Shown: positions 38,203 through 56,200, numbered from the whole stretch's first letter. The stretch is 63,874 nt of DNA, filler included, from Reclinomonas americana ATCC 50394 (GCA_048213135.1; 9 parts of 9 records of this genome joined end to end with filler, not necessarily neighbours in it); one strand, 5' to 3'. Notes: generated from the sequence alone by a model not told the origin. Made by a program: numbers and translations.

Positions 38203-39341
38203 CTATGAAGGGCTGCGGCCATCGCGCCCGCTCGCCCGCCCCGCTCTCCTGCTGCGCGCCGCCGGTCTCTTCCGGCTAGCGGCGGGGTAACACTTCTCCA
38301 GCCGCCGCATTCGCGGCTCGTCCTGCACGTGCTCCGCGACGTCGGCCACCACTTGCCACGTCTGCGCCCACAGCTCCCGCGACTGCTTCGCCTGCTCGCC
38401 AGTCTCCACGACAGCAGCCTGCTCAAGCAATTCCGCCAGCTGCTCAACGTGCGACACGGCCGTCTCCAATCGCTGGGCGTTTTCCTCGGCCAGTGACAAT
38501 AGGTGCGTCGGAGGCACGTACTGCAGCTGCGGCGCAAAGGCGCGAGCGACCGTGGCCAGCCACGTGGCCTTTTCCAGCTCGCTGCGCGTTCGTGCGGTCT
38601 CCAAGTGAGCTCGAATGGTCGGCAGGTCGCTGTGGCCGCCCGCGCGACGACCGACAACCTGCACCACGTGGTAGTGACACTCGGGAACGGGTAGCCGGTG
38701 CGGCAGACGCTTCGCCTTCAGGTCCTCCTCTCGCGTTGCCTGCAAGCGTGAGGAGAGAGAGGTGAATAATGGGAAAGCATGTGGCGGAAGGAAAGTCTGA
38801 AGTACCGACAGAAACGCCAGTGCGCTGGTGACTGCAACAACACGGCAAGAGTGAGAACAGCTATACACAAGTGTTCAACGAGATACTCGCACCACTTGGC
38901 TCCACTGTCGCCATGTAATGCAGGCGCAGGAGACACACTTCCGAGTCGAGCGAAAGCGGTCGTCGTGCGATTTCCTCAACGTACTCGGCGGCCTTTACGC
39001 AATGCAACTTGTGTGAGAGAGCAGGAGAGGAGACGAGGGTGAGTGCAAGAGGAGTGCGCACGCAACAGCATATCTGTCGCTCCGCTGCAGCGCCATCCAC
39101 AACTGCTGCTTGAGATCGTTGTCAGTGAGCAGCGATGTGGAGGGTGGCGCATGCGCAGCCGCGTCTACCACATCTACAGTGAGACCAACAACACACGCAC
39201 ACGAGAACGGCAAAGACAACAGCACACGAAACTCTTTCGTTGCACGGCGCGACCAGGCTGCGACACACTGCATTCAAACACAGTGAGCGCGTGTCACGAA
39301 AACGCATGAAAAGAAAAAGGCACACACACGCACCGGAACAT
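38203..39341 (-). CDS. Hypothetical helical protein, multi-exon (5' exons uncertain)
   Basis: Long terminal exon (..ALAFLSVLQTFLPP..RASGRDGRSPS*) joined in frame to upstream exons through GT-AG introns; no family recognised. Confidence 0.55.
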
Positions 39342-39531
39342 GAGTGGTGTTTCGCTGCGTGTGACTGCAGCGGTGGCCAGTCGAGGCAGACAACACAACC
39401 AGCGCGGCATCGCGATTTGTGACAGAGTGATCGGATCGACCAATCACCGACGCTCTTCTTCAGTGCGTGCGTGCCTTCTGTTGCTCCTCCATCTCCTTTA
39501 TCGCACTACTGGTGGTGGCGAGCAGTGAGCC

Positions 39532-42500
39532 ATGGCCGATCGAGAGCGACTGGTGACTGCGGTGGATCCCGACAGAGATGCGACGAATCGTGGCGACGAT
39601 GATGTTGTTGCTGTTGTCACACGAGAGGAGAGAGATGCAGGCGGGGAAGAAGAGGGAGACGAGCATCGCAGGAGAACGGAAGGCAATGGTGGTGGCGATG
39701 ATGATGAGGATGCGAATCAGGGTTTGGAACTGTTGACGCCGGTGCCGGAGGCCGGTCGCACGTGGACTGTGTGGTCGTACATGAGCATGTGGGTGACGCT
39801 GGCGGCCAATGTCGGGGCGTACATGATCGGGTCGGGATTGCTGGCACTTGGACTTGCGCTGGAATGGTCGGTGACATGCACAGTGTGTTGTTGTTCGCAT
39901 TGAGCCGACGCGGTGGGTGCATGCAGGTGGCAGAGTGCGTTGTGTATGCTGGTGGGATACCTCGTTACCACGGTCGTGCTGGTGCTGAATGGGCACGCGG
40001 GAGCAGCGTACGGCATTGTGCGTGGAGTTGTCCTTTTACTCATTCACACCGTCTTACCATTGCTCATGCTTGCGTGCGCAGCCGTTTGTGGGTGTGCTGC
40101 GTGCGGCGTTTGGCACACGCGGTGCCGCTGCGGTGGCGCTCTCTCGCGGGTTGGTGGGCATTGGGTGGTCGGCGCTGGTGTCGTTTGTCGGCGCCACTGC
40201 GTTGTTTGCGTCGCTGACGGCGGTTTTTCCGGCCCTCGATCATGTGGCCACGCTGGGACCGGTGTTTGGCAACATGCAGCTCGTGCAATTGCTGTGCTTC
40301 ATGTTGTTTGTGTCGGCGCTGGCACTTCTCACCAGGGCGGGAATAAGAGGTGCGAAGAGGGAAGGGGGGCAGGGGGAAGGGGGGAGGGGAAGGGGAAGGA
40401 GGGGAAGGGAGGTGGGAAGGAGAAGAAGGGAGGTGGGAAGGGGAAGGGATAGGAATTAGAAGGGATGGAGAAGGGAGGTGAGAAGGGAAGGAGAAGAAGG
40501 GGGAAGAGGGAGAAGGGAGGAGGGAGGAGAGCAGGGGGTTATGACGGGGGAAAAGAAGGAGGGGAGTGGAAGCGAGGGTGGGCGAGGAAGGAAGAGGAGG
40601 GATGGAAGAAGCGAGTGACCATGCCACGAGGAAGGGAAAGAAAAGCAGGAGATGGATAAGAAGAAAGTCAGAGAGACAGCGAGAGCGAGAGAGAGAGAGA
40701 TGCAGACTCGTCCGATATGTTCACTTGGAAGCAAGTTGTGCGTCTGATCTTGTGAGTGTGTGTGAGTGTGTGAGTTTAGAGAGGAATGAAAGAAGGAAGG
40801 AGAGAGGGCAAGTGAGGAGAAGGCAGGTAATGGAAGATGGCTGAGATCAACAAGACAAACCGATGAGAAACGAGAACATGGGATGGCTTTGTAAGAAGGA
40901 GGAAGAATGAGAGAGACAGCGAGGGAGATGACGACCTACCAGTCTAGCATCCGTTGCTTCCACTTGGAGAAGTCTCACTTTGTACATCTGAGCGAGTGCT
41001 TGAGAGACAGAGAGAGAGACAGTGAGAGAAAGATAGTTGCGGACTCGCTGAGCATCTGCTTCCACTCGGAGAAGTCTCTGTGTTTGTGCGGCTGAGTGAG
41101 TAATTCAGAGAGAAAGAGGAGGACTTGTCAGTTCAGGAGTTGTTGCTCTCAAGGAAGAGATGCTCTCTCGCTCATTGACTGAGGGTGTATGCAACAAGTC
41201 GAGTGCAACTGCTGACAATCTGCATTCTATGACATGCAGCTCTGGAGATGCTGCAGCGACTCATCGCCCCGCTAATGGTGGTGTTTATCGTCGGCCTCTT
41301 TGTGTGGTCGCTGGTGCGAGTCGGTGGTGCCGAGCTGCTGGCAAGTGCTGCCGACATTGGCCGCTCCAGTGGCAGTCAGGTGACGGCGATGGGGGCGGTG
41401 GCGGTGGCCGTGACGTCTGCGGCGGCCTCGTGGAGCACGGTGGCGTTGAATATATCGGTGGGTGGGGAAGGGGGGAAGGGAGGAGAAGGGGAAGGGAGAG
41501 GAGACGAAGGGAGAGGAAGTGGAGGGCGGAAAGGGGATTGGAGAACGGGAAGGAAGCGAGTGTGAGACAGATAATACGAGAAGAAGAAGAAGAGCGCGCG
41601 TATCGTTGATGGAGTTGAAAGAGTCGAATGTGTGCGCGTGTGCGTTGTGCCTGCGAGGCGTCATAAGTGGTTGATTTCATCCGTCTGTTAGTGTGACTTA
41701 CATGGCGACACAAATGCAATCGTAGCGAGAAAGAAAAGAGAGTTTGTGCGTGCGAGTCGACAGAACTGTCGCTTGCGGACCGTGCTTGATTCACTTACGA
41801 TTCGTTGCTATGTTTCCCAGGACCTCACTCGCTACGCCAAGTCGCAACGAGCGCACACCATTGGTCAGAGTGTCGCCATGCCGGTGGCCAACCTAATTAT
41901 CGGTCTCGCTGGCATGGCCACCACGGCTGCGGCTTACAAGCTGTACGGTGTTGTGTTGGTGCGTACCATTCCTTTTTGCTCACAACAGACAATCACTCAC
42001 TGTCTATTGTGATCGTAGTGGAATCCGGCGCAAGTGCTCCTGCGCATGGATGATCGAGTGGTTCGATTCGTCGGCGGCCTCTGTTTGTGTCTGGCCAACG
42101 TGGGAACTTGCATGTCGGCTGGTATGTGGGGGAATAGGGAGAGAGCGATGTTGTGTTTGTCTCTCGTCACACCATGCGCTGCGCAGATATTCTGACGGCT
42201 GCCAATGACATTTCCAACCTCGCACCATCGCGTGTTACTTTTCGCGAGGCTGGCTACATTTCCATTCTGGCATCGGTGCTGGTGTGGCCGTGGAGGACGT
42301 TTGATTCTGCCTCTGGTGCGTGGCTACAGAGAAGGAGGGCATGAGTAAAGAGAGAGGAGAGAGGGGGGACTGAGAGGGTGAGCAAGAGAGAGAGAGAGAT
42401 GCAAACTGAGAGACAGTAAGACACTAACAGAGATCTATGGAGACATACAGAGAGTGCGATTGAGACAGAGACAAGCACATGGATTCAAACAGAGAGACAG

Positions 42501-43572
42501 AAAGGACAAGGGAAAAACAGGGCGAGAGAGACAGACAGAGCCACGCAGGCAGACAGATGCACATGCAGACAGCAAGGAGCGATACAAACAGAAGATCGTG
42601 AACTTGCAGTCGATGGCCGCCGACCGTGAAACGTGGAAGGCGCATCTGGCGCTAATGTTGATGGAGACGGAGGCGAACAGGACAGATGCCAACTGAGAGA
42701 GAGAGAGAGAGGGAGAGAAAGACAGAGCCACGCAGGCAGACAGACGCACATGCAGACAGCAAGGAGCGACGCGATGAGAAGATCGTGGAGTTGCAAGCGA
42801 TGGTCGCCAACCGTGAAACGGAACGAAGACAAATGTCTCTGCCCGACCTGGCGCAAGTGCAGATGGCGACAGAGGCGAACAGCAGAAATACCAACTGACA
42901 GTGAGAGAGGCAGGCAGACACGTACAGAGAGATACTGAATAGTCAGAGACTCGTGGAGGCAACGAGAGACAAACTGAGTGACGAGAAATGCGATTGCTGC
43001 TTGAGGTCGAGAAGTTGCCGATTGACCTCGCGCTGTCCCTCCCCCACAGGCTTCCTCACCGTGTGGCTCGCCGCGTATTCCATGGTGACCGGAGCCGTCA
43101 CCGCCATCATGCTCATGTCGTACTTTGTGCACGAGTCGCGATGTCTCGACATGCACGACTTGTATCGCGAGGACTGGCAACATGGTTTGTCGGTTTGCAA
43201 CTCTTCCTCGCTCCCTTCCATCCTCACGCGATCTGTAGGGCGATACGCCTTCCGAAAAGGATGGAATGTGGCGGCGTTTGTGGCCATGGGCATTGGAATG
43301 CTGCCGAGTGTGCCCGGATTCATCATGTCCATTGCTGACATTGGTCAGAGCGGTGCGTCTTCTTGCTTTGCGCATTCCTCGTGCCACCCTCCTTCCCAAT
43401 CTCTCTGTCTCCCGGCGCAGGTGACAACTTTTTCGTCAGTCTCTACCGCTTCTCGTGGTTCACCTCCCTCATTGTCACGGCGCTGGCATACGCGCTTCTC
43501 AGTCGATGGCGAAGTCGACCACACTCACAACGACATGATGATGTACACGAGGTGGAAATGCGACCACTTTAA
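39532..43572 (+). CDS. NCS1-family nucleobase:cation symporter (uracil/allantoin permease-like), about 11 exons
   Basis: RTWTVWSYMSMW, NGHAGAAYGI|PF..LRAAFGTRGA, RGLVGIGW, WSTVALNIS|DLTRYAKS..GQ, WNP, AANDISNLAP, PW and GWNVAAF. Confidence 0.93.
42520..42900. repeat. Intronic tandem duplication (~190 bp x2)
   Basis: gacagagccacgcaggcagacaga.gcacatgcagacagcaaggagcga..aagatcgtg..accgtgaaacg at ~42533 and ~42721. Confidence 0.85.
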
Positions 43573-45647
43573 ATGTAGTTTCTGTGTGAGCGACCCGAGC
43601 CGCCCTGCTGCCACGACGATCGACGCTTCCAGCATGGAATCTCTACACCATGGGTGACCTCGTGAGGGAGTGGGAGAGAGGAATATAGCACTCTAGAGTA
43701 CGCACCACAGTCGGGCTCCGAAGTACTCGTGGTATCCGCGTCAATATCGCGACCGGGGGTCGACGTGGGCGTGCTGCACACCAGTCCGCCCTCGGAGCAC
43801 CACATGACCACGCCGTTGGCGACCTGCATGTCCCACACCACCGCACTCGGTGTTGACGACACCGACTCGCCGCGCAGCACACTGCGTACCCGAGCAGAGA
43901 TGAGAATGGCAACAAGCAGTAACACTCAAGATCATCGCACGAACTGCTCGTCGCCCATCAGCCTCCATCGACCGACGCGACCGCCGGCGTCGCCACAATA
44001 CAGGACTGGCGACACGTCGTCGCCGATGGGAACATCACGATCGAAACGCATCACCTCCAGGAAACCCGAGTACTGTCGCTTCGCCTGCTGCGTTCCGCGC
44101 GGATTGCGCAAGTCGAACATGGTCACCTGCGACGAGGCACCGCCCATGGCCTGTGTGTGGACAGACAGTGAGTGCACTCGTGCGACAGAAGGCGAACGAA
44201 ATGTACATGCCATCGTGTGCCCGATGGCATCAAAGCTGTAGACCCGCGAGCTGCACTCGTGGAAAGCCACACAATGTTAGTAGTTGCTTCAGCGAGTACC
44301 AAAGCTGACACAAGCGCAGCGCAACTTGACCGCTCGCAGGTCGTTGACAAAGGTGCCGCTGCGCACGTCAAACAATCGCAACAGGCCGTCAAATCTGCAC
44401 CAGCACGCATATGTCAGTTCTGCGTGGACGATGACAGCCATCGTGGTGCACGACGTACCCGCCAGTGCCGATCAAGTTGTACTCGGTGACTGGATTCACG
44501 GCATACAATGCGCGCGGCTTGGTGGCAGCCTGCTGACCTCCTCGTCGCTTGTGCACCACCTCGCCGGTGTTCACATCGATGCACCGGAGGAAGCCATCGT
44601 CGCAGGCGCAGGCCAGCAGATTGGAGCGATTGGCGTCGTGCGCGAAGCGATTAATGCCCGACCGCGACGACAGCTGTCGACCGGAGCCTCGCGCAGCAAT
44701 CGACCACGACGCGGATAACTTGCTACGATCCCACACGGCCACGCCACCGTCGAGTGATGCAGAAAACAGACGATCGTCGATCATCGTCAACGCCGTCGTC
44801 ACGTCCTGGTGATGATGCGGCAGCTCTGCAGGCGGCGTGAGAAGGCGCAAAGACAAATGACTCCGAATGATGACGACGCACCACGAATCACAGTGCCGTC
44901 ACCGAGACTTGTCAGCACAATGCGACCATCGGCGAGGCCGCAGTAGACAAAGTTGGGTGGCTGCAGACCGTCGCCGTCCTCGCTCAACGATCTGTGCACC
45001 AGCAGTGGAGGATAGGTCAGTCTCTGATGAGTCAGACAACTCGCGTAGATCATGCGCGAACCGTCGATCGGCCTCCGGCAGCGCCAAGCACAAGCTGTGA
45101 CACGCCACTGCCTTGCCACTCCCATCGACAAGCGACGCAGACGATGCCGACGAAGAAGAGGAGCGACCAGATCCAGGACGACTGCTCGGCGTCGATGCCG
45201 GCAGCGCCTTGACCCGCACACGCGCCTTCAGGCACTTGTGCAGCTCACTCATGCACCTGCCCCAGAGCAGAGATTCCTTGTAGAGGCGTCGCCAGTCGCA
45301 CGCCGGCTGCGATGGAGCGGAGGCATCGTCGCTCGCCTTGCGCAACATCTGTGCGTGCGATTGTGAGATCCACAGACACACACGCGCACTCACTTGTCTC
45401 TTCCACGCACCCAGGAGAGTCGCTTGGCACGATCGTGATCGCCTGCACGATGCTCGTGGAACAGATCACGCATCATTAGCCGCCGCCACAGAATGCGTCG
45501 ACGACCAGCCGACGATGCCCACGCGTGACCTTCGACAATCGCCGCAAACGATCGGCTGACACTGCGCAGTCGCCACACACTCACTCCGTCCACGAACAGC
45601 AAGATCTCTTGCCACACGTCGGGGCCGAGCTCCAGCAAGTGATCCAT
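43569..45647 (-). CDS. F-box / WD40 repeat protein, multi-exon
   Basis: MDHLLELGPDVWQEILLFVD..LRSVSRSF..WRRL (F-box); WD repeats RLFSASLDGGVAVWD, LACACDDGFLRCID, VTMFDLR and LYCGDAGGRVGRW. Confidence 0.85.
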
Positions 45648-46518
45648 CCTTCCTTCTCTCTCTCTCTCGCACAATGAATGATGACGAATGGATAAAAATA
45701 CACACAACTGTCGATGGATGTTGCGTGGCGCGGGCCTCTCGACACTCGGACGCGACAACACCCCTCGCCTGCAACACCCCCTTGCCCCTTCTTCAAGCTG
45801 CAACATCACGGCCCAGCGGCATTTACTCTCCTCATCATCACTCTCTCGACGCCCGACCAACATTGCTTCGCCACGCTGCTGAAGACGCGGCGAGAAGGAA
45901 ACGGACAGAGCAACAACGAGATCAAAGAGGGGAACGACACCGACAGAGAGACCAGCGACACCACAAAAAAAAAAGCGGATTAGAACTCGGCAAGTGCAGG
46001 CACTCGCCAAATCCACTTTCCACAGCCACCATCACCACACAAACCACCACACATTCAATTTCTACCACTGACAGACACACGCACACGCACACACACTCTC
46101 ATACATGAATAGCCACCACCACAGTCACCGACACCATCCGACAAGCAGAATAAAAAAGTGAGTCTCCTCAACTGCGTCACACACACACGCGCGCGCGTGC
46201 ATGGGCATGGGCATGCGAATTCACACGACCTCCCTTCTCAATCTCGCTCTTTCCAGAGACTAGAGCAGAGCGAGAGAAAAGTGAAAAGGTCGCCTTCTGG
46301 TTGCATGCGCGCATACACACACACAGGCACACGAGGTGCAGACGTCGAGAGTACAGAGGAGAGAAGGGAAGAGCGCGCGCTATGAAGATGGAGCGGCAGC
46401 AGTGACAATGAAAAAACAGGAAGAAGAACAGGAGAGAAGTGCGCGGGCGGCCTGCCAGCACCACCGCCACCACCACGACCACTATACCACCACACACGAG
46501 CGACAGCTTACTGCGCCG

Positions 46519-49139
<2,621 letters not shown>

Positions 49140-50541
49140 GGTTGACTGTGTTGCTGAGGTGGTTGTTGTTGTTGTTGGAAGGGGAGGAGGAGGGAGTGGG
49201 GGTGGGGGGGTGGAGTTTTTTGGTTTTGGGGTCTGCAGCAGCACAAGAAGAACTCGGGACATGAGAGACATGTCCACTTTGACGCACACGCACAGGCACA
49301 CAGACGCGCACAAAGAGCATCGCCACTGTCGTCCCCACTAGGTGCACTCGACACGCGCACGCACACACGCAAGCGAAGAGTGAGGTGGAGAGAGTGAAGG
49401 AGAGCGAACAGAACGTGAAAGTGACAGACAATGGACACGCACACACGCACACACGCACACACAAGGAGGAATCGCACAACAGCACACACATAATGTGCGC
49501 AGAAGGTACACGCGGACACGTGTGTGCACATAACAGTCGACCACAACACACTTTCACGTGAATGAGTCTGTGCCAGACACGGACACCACACAACTCCTCA
49601 CATAGACACACGCAAGCTACTGTCAGATAGAGTGGTCACACAGCCCAAAAAAGGAACCCGAAAAGAGTCCAAGTCGTACTCGAGTTGAGAGTCGCCATGT
49701 GCGTTCGAGGAAATCGTCTCACACAACCACCTCACGCACTCACGCAACTATGCTGTTTTTTTGTTTTTTGGGAGTTAGGGGGACTGTTCCGTCAGAGCCA
49801 GGTCCAGAGAAGACGGCGACAGGAACAGGGGGTTAGGCAGCGAAGGGGGCCTGATTGTCAATCAAAAAAAACAAACGTCAGCTCCTCATTTTCACCAAAT
49901 CCGAGAATGCGATTGCGCAAAAGGGGAGAAGGAGGAGTGGAGGGAGCGCGGGAGAGAGCGGGGAGAGAAGGGGGAGCAAGTGGGATGCGCTCGCCACAAA
50001 CCTTGGAAAAAGTGGAGTGAGGGACAAGAGGACAAACTGCGACGTCGTTCCGATCGATCGCTGGCAAGGTGAACGAAGGATTGTTGACGACGGATTTCGA
50101 TTCCTTTGTGGACAGTGAGCGAAGGCACGCTGGACTTTGTCGATGCAAACGATGGATCGCGATCAGGCGATCGAGTCACCGATGGAACACGATCGCCATC
50201 GGATCGGATCTGGAAGGAGCGGCCGAAGGAGCACTCTGGGGCCCACTCTGGTTTGAATTTGCGGACGCTCACCGTGGCGTTTGTGCATGCAGTGCCTGCT
50301 TTTTACAAGATCCAGCTGCAGATTGACGCGTGGCCGCTGGCGTGTTATCCGTATTTGCAATTGGCGAATCGGAGCGCGGGTGCGCGCGCGACTGGCCGTC
50401 CGACGAGCCGCCGCAACACGTGGATGGCTCGGCGGTTTCTTTTTCGTGTGGTGCCAAAAATATTTGCGCACGACGTGCGCACGAGACAATAAAAGCCCGC
50501 GAGTCGGGACAGATTGAGTCGTTACACAGAACAATCGCGCA

Positions 50542-51574
<1,033 letters not shown>

Positions 51575-52896
51575 GTGAGTTTTCCTACACATGGTGTATG
51601 TCACCTCTTCTGTGTCTTCTCTTGTTGCCTTATTGTGGTTCTCTCGCTCCTTTCGTGTCTTCTTCTTTGTGTCTCGCTCTCGTTTTCTTCTTCTTTGTGT
51701 CTCGCTCTCGTTCCTTCCCGCCCTTCTCTTGTGCGTCTCGGTCTGCTTGTCTCTCTCCCGCCATCTCTCCTCTTTCTTGTGTGTGTCTCTCTTCTCTTCA
51801 ATTTCTTCGTCTGTTTGTGTGCTCTCGTCTCTCTCGCTCACTTTCTCTCTCTCACTTTCCTTCCCTCCCGCCCTGCCTTCTCTTTCGTGTCTACGTCTGT
51901 GTTGCACGTCCTCAGTCTCCGCGTCGTTGTTTTCTTGTGTGTATATGTATTCTTGATCCCCGTCTTGTGTTTTCGTGTCTTGCCTCTTCGACTGTTTGTG
52001 TGAGTTGGTGGCTCACGTCTTTATTGTTTCTTCTTGCCTATGTCTCCCACTCACTCTTTCTGTCTCCAACTTGTGTGCATCATGTGTCTCGTCTTCGGTC
52101 CTCTTCTTTGCTTTTGTGTATCTCTCTCACTCTGCTCTCGTGTGTCTCTCGTCTCTTGTGCGTCTCGTGTCATCAGTGCTTTCGCTTGCGCTTTGTCTCT
52201 TTCTTTGTTTTGTGTGTGTGTCTCTCTCACTCTTTCTCTCGTGTGTATTCCCTTGTGCGTGCCTCTCGTCTCTTCTTCGTCTCACGGCCTCTCGCTCCTG
52301 TGTCCTCGCTTTCTTATCCTCTGCTGTTTCTTCGCTTCTGTTTCTTTAGTCTTCACTGTGTTCTCTTGTGCGCTCACTCTCAATCTTGTGCGCCTTGTTG
52401 TGCACGTCTTACTTCCCTCTCGCTCTCTTTCCCTCCTCTTGCATGTCTTCTCCTGTGTGTCGCATTTGTACCTATTCCTACTTCCCACCTCCTTCCTCTT
52501 CCTTCCCCCTTCTTCGCCTTCTGCTTCTCATCACCATNNNNNNNNNNNNNNNNNNNNNNNNNNNNNNNNNNNNNNNNNNNNTTAATTAATTAANNNNNNN
52601 NNNNNNNNNNNNNNNNNNNNNNNNNNNNNNNNNNNNNCTCGTCGTCCTCCTCTCTCTCTCTCTCTCTCTCCTTCTCACTCTCTCTCTCTCTCTCCTTCTC
52701 ACTCTCTCTCTCCTTCTCACTCACTCTCTCTCTCCTTCTCACTCCTTCCTCTCTCTCTCTCACTTTGCTCTTTCCTGCTCTTTCTCCCCCTTCTCTCTCT
52801 CGCTCTCTCTCTCATCTCTCGCCCTCTCTCCTTCTCTCCTCCCTCCGTCCCTCCCTCCCTCCCTCCCTCCCTCTCTCTTCTCTTCTCTCTCTACAG

Positions 52897-53168
52897 TGCG
52901 GAGCCCGCGCAGTTGACGCACTTTCGCACGCTGTGTCAGCAGCTTGCGGAGTATGTGCAGCGGTTGGACGATGAGGTGGCGGGCGAGTGGAAGGTGGCCA
53001 CGATGACGCGGGTGTATGGGCAGGCACCGTTTCAGCGCATGTATAAGCTGGTGCAGGTGTGTCAAAGGGGAAAGAGGAAGGAAGGGCGAGGGGAGATGAA
53101 TGGGAACGCTGTTTGTGTTTCGGAGGAAATGAGCGAGAGAGCACGCGTGCGAGGAGATCGTGAAGTCC

Positions 53169-53222
<54 letters not shown>

Positions 53223-56200
53223 TCTCTCACTGTCTGCGTGCTGGGACGTGTTGTGCGCGTCTGGGAGGAGAAGCGCGAGTCAGTGAGAATGATGTGAAGA
53301 TGAGGATGTCCTGTATCATTGCTCTCTTCTTCTCTTCTCTCACAAGCCGTGTACTTGCATGTGTGTCAACGGGCGTGTCTGCGAGATAAAGACCAGCGTG
53401 AGAATTCGTGCGAGGAGATCGTGAAGTCCTGCATCTCTCTCTTCTTCTCTCACACTATGTGTGCTTGCGCGTCTGGAACAGAAGCGCGAGTCAGGAGAGC
53501 AATAGAATACGTGAAGATCAGGATGTTTCTCTCTCTTCTCTTCTCCCCCTTTGCTCTCCCTCGCAAAAAGCTGTGTACTTGCATGTGTGTCAACGGGCGT
53601 GTTTCGGAGATAAAGACAGCGTGAGAAATCGTGCGAGGAGATCGGGATGTCCTGTCTCTCTCTTCTTCTCTTCTCTCTCGCCTTCTCTCTCACTGTCTGC
53701 CCTCCTTTTCCTCATCATTTCTCCATCATGCTGTGTACTATGGCATGTGTGGCTCGGAGGAGATGAGAGAGAGAGAGAGAGCGAGTGGGATGATACTGGA
53801 AGTCCAGTATCTCTCTCATTTCTCAATCCATTCTTCTCTTCTTCACGCACACTCTCTCCATCGCACTCAGTGTGCTGATACATATTTAGTATCTCAGAGG
53901 GGACGCGAGAGGGACCATGACTTACATGCAAGTCCTGTATCTCCCTTACCGTCTCTCTGCTCTTTTCTTCCTTCGCACTTCTCCTCCTCCTCCTTCTTCT
54001 CTCTCTCACTTTCTGCTCTTCTCTTCCCTTCTCTCTCCTCCTCCTCCTCCTCCTCCTCCTCCTCCTCCTCCTCCTCTCGCTCTCTCATGCACCCGTTCGT
54101 GTATCCTACCTATCGGGGAAACTTATGAGAGTCGCTTCGCAATACTGACCTTTGCATTTCTCCGTGAACAGACCTATGCCAGCGAGGTGTTGACCCCGGA
54201 GGCGGCGGTGCAAGTCGGCGGCTTGCTGACGTCGCAGAGTTCACCCGATTTGGAGGCGTTCCGCAAGCTGTTTGTCAACATTACTCTGACGGTGGAGCGG
54301 AAGCGGGGGTCTGGACCGACGACCTCGGCCGAGCATTTTAGCGATGTGAGTTTTGTGAGGGGAAGGGGAAGGGGAAGGAAAAGGGGAAGGGGAAAGGACA
54401 GAGGAAGGGGCAGAGGGAGGGGCAGAGGAAGGGGAAAAGGATGGGGCAGGAGGAAGGGGAAGGGGCAGAGGAAGGGGCAGAGGAAGGGTGGATCGGGTAA
54501 GGAGATGAGACTTGATGAGAGTATGCGTACAAGGAATGAGGCACGTGGTTTGCATTAGCCGAGTGGACAGTGTGTGCAACTGAGGAGGACGGTGGAGGAA
54601 CTGCACAGCAGCTGATACCGACGACAGTGCGCGAGCGAGGCATGGGGCGCGTGGCTCACGAGTGAGACGTGAGGCAGTCAGTATGCAACGAATGAGAAAT
54701 CAGGGTGGAGATCTTCACGACAGCTGAGACTCTACGGTAGTGTGCAGGAGGTGGGAAAGAAGGGTGTATCAGTATTGACGGCAACTGAGGAGAGCGTTTG
54801 TGACAAGGGGACATAGTATGGAGCGAGGTACTCGTTGCAGAATGCGTGGGAACGATGATCATTTGGGAGAGAGGGCAAGTGAGACCTTCGATTAAGATCG
54901 ATGGCGCACATGAGTGAGCTGTGGAGAAAGAGCACATAGGTGTCACCGAAGGAGACAGTGAACTTTTAGGGGACTGGAGAATGGCTGCATGTGGATAGAA
55001 GCAATGCAGTCACCTCTCCTCTCTCTCATCTGTTCTTTCTCTCCTCTCCCTCATCCCTCTCCCTCTCTCGCTCTCTGACCATTCGCCTTCCCACACAGGT
55101 CAACTACCTCACCAAGCGACAGGAGAGCTTGGCCAACGCCCACGTCACCCGCGCTCTCGCCGCCAAGACGCAACCTGCTGCCGCCACGGCGCCGCCGGAG
55201 ATTGACATGTCGAAGCGTTGCGTGATACGCCACCATGCGTTTACCTCCCATGATGCCGCGAGACTTAACGCTTCCACAGCCGTACCACCGCCGACCACCC
55301 ACTTGAAGACCTTCCAGGACTGGAAGTCATCGCCACCTGACCGCGCGAAGCGAGTGTACTCGACCAAGGCGCCGTATGCACTGGCCGTGGTCAAGGACAG
55401 CTCCACGACGGAGACGAATGCCTCGTTTGTCAACTACACACGGTCGCAGCGCGCCGACGTCACGTCGGAGCAGTCGAATCGACACTTCACCACGGCTGCT
55501 CTCGGTCGCTGCATTGGTGCGTCGGCAGTTGTGTGCACGGGAGGTGGATGTTATGCTCATCTATTCTCTGTCACGCAGGCCAGCGACCGGAGACACCCGA
55601 CGACGTGCGCGATCTGCGCGAGACACTGCCGCAGCGTGGCACATTTGTGGATCAAGTCTCGCGGTTGAATGCCGAGTCCGACGCCACACGCACGCAACAC
55701 GGCGCGCTGCCGAGTGATGCAGCGTCGACTGCCTCGCGGTCCGCTGTCGCTCGTGAGCCGGGATACTATGAGACGCTGCGCGCGAAGTTCGACAAGGAGG
55801 TGGAGGTGGAGGTGAGTGATAGGGAAAGGGGTAGAAAAGGGAAAGGGGGGTCGGGGAAAGGGGGTTGGGGGAAAGGTTGGGGGAAAGAGGTAAAGGGGCA
55901 ATGGGGAAACGGGAAAGGAAGAGGGAGGACGGGAAGAGGAATGAGGGGAAGAGAAAGGAGGAAGAGAAAGAAGAGTATAAAGTAGCATAGGGGGGAGAGG
56001 AGAAGTGACAAGAGAGGAATCAGCATGGAGACAAGGAGAAGGAAGAGCGAAGACGAAAAATGGCAAGAAAAGCGCAGATAAGAAGGGAAGGGCGGAAGAA
56101 AAACAGGAAAGGTTGTATTCGGACGGTGAACGGATGTGGGAAGAGGACAACGGAGAAGAGTGAGGGGACAAAGGAAAGAGACTGCAGAGAATGAAGAGGG

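Noticed and set aside
50106..50492. 128-aa ORF between PABP and ARF1
   Set aside because: Non-ATG start, no motifs and no splice structure; it lies in the expected divergent promoter region.
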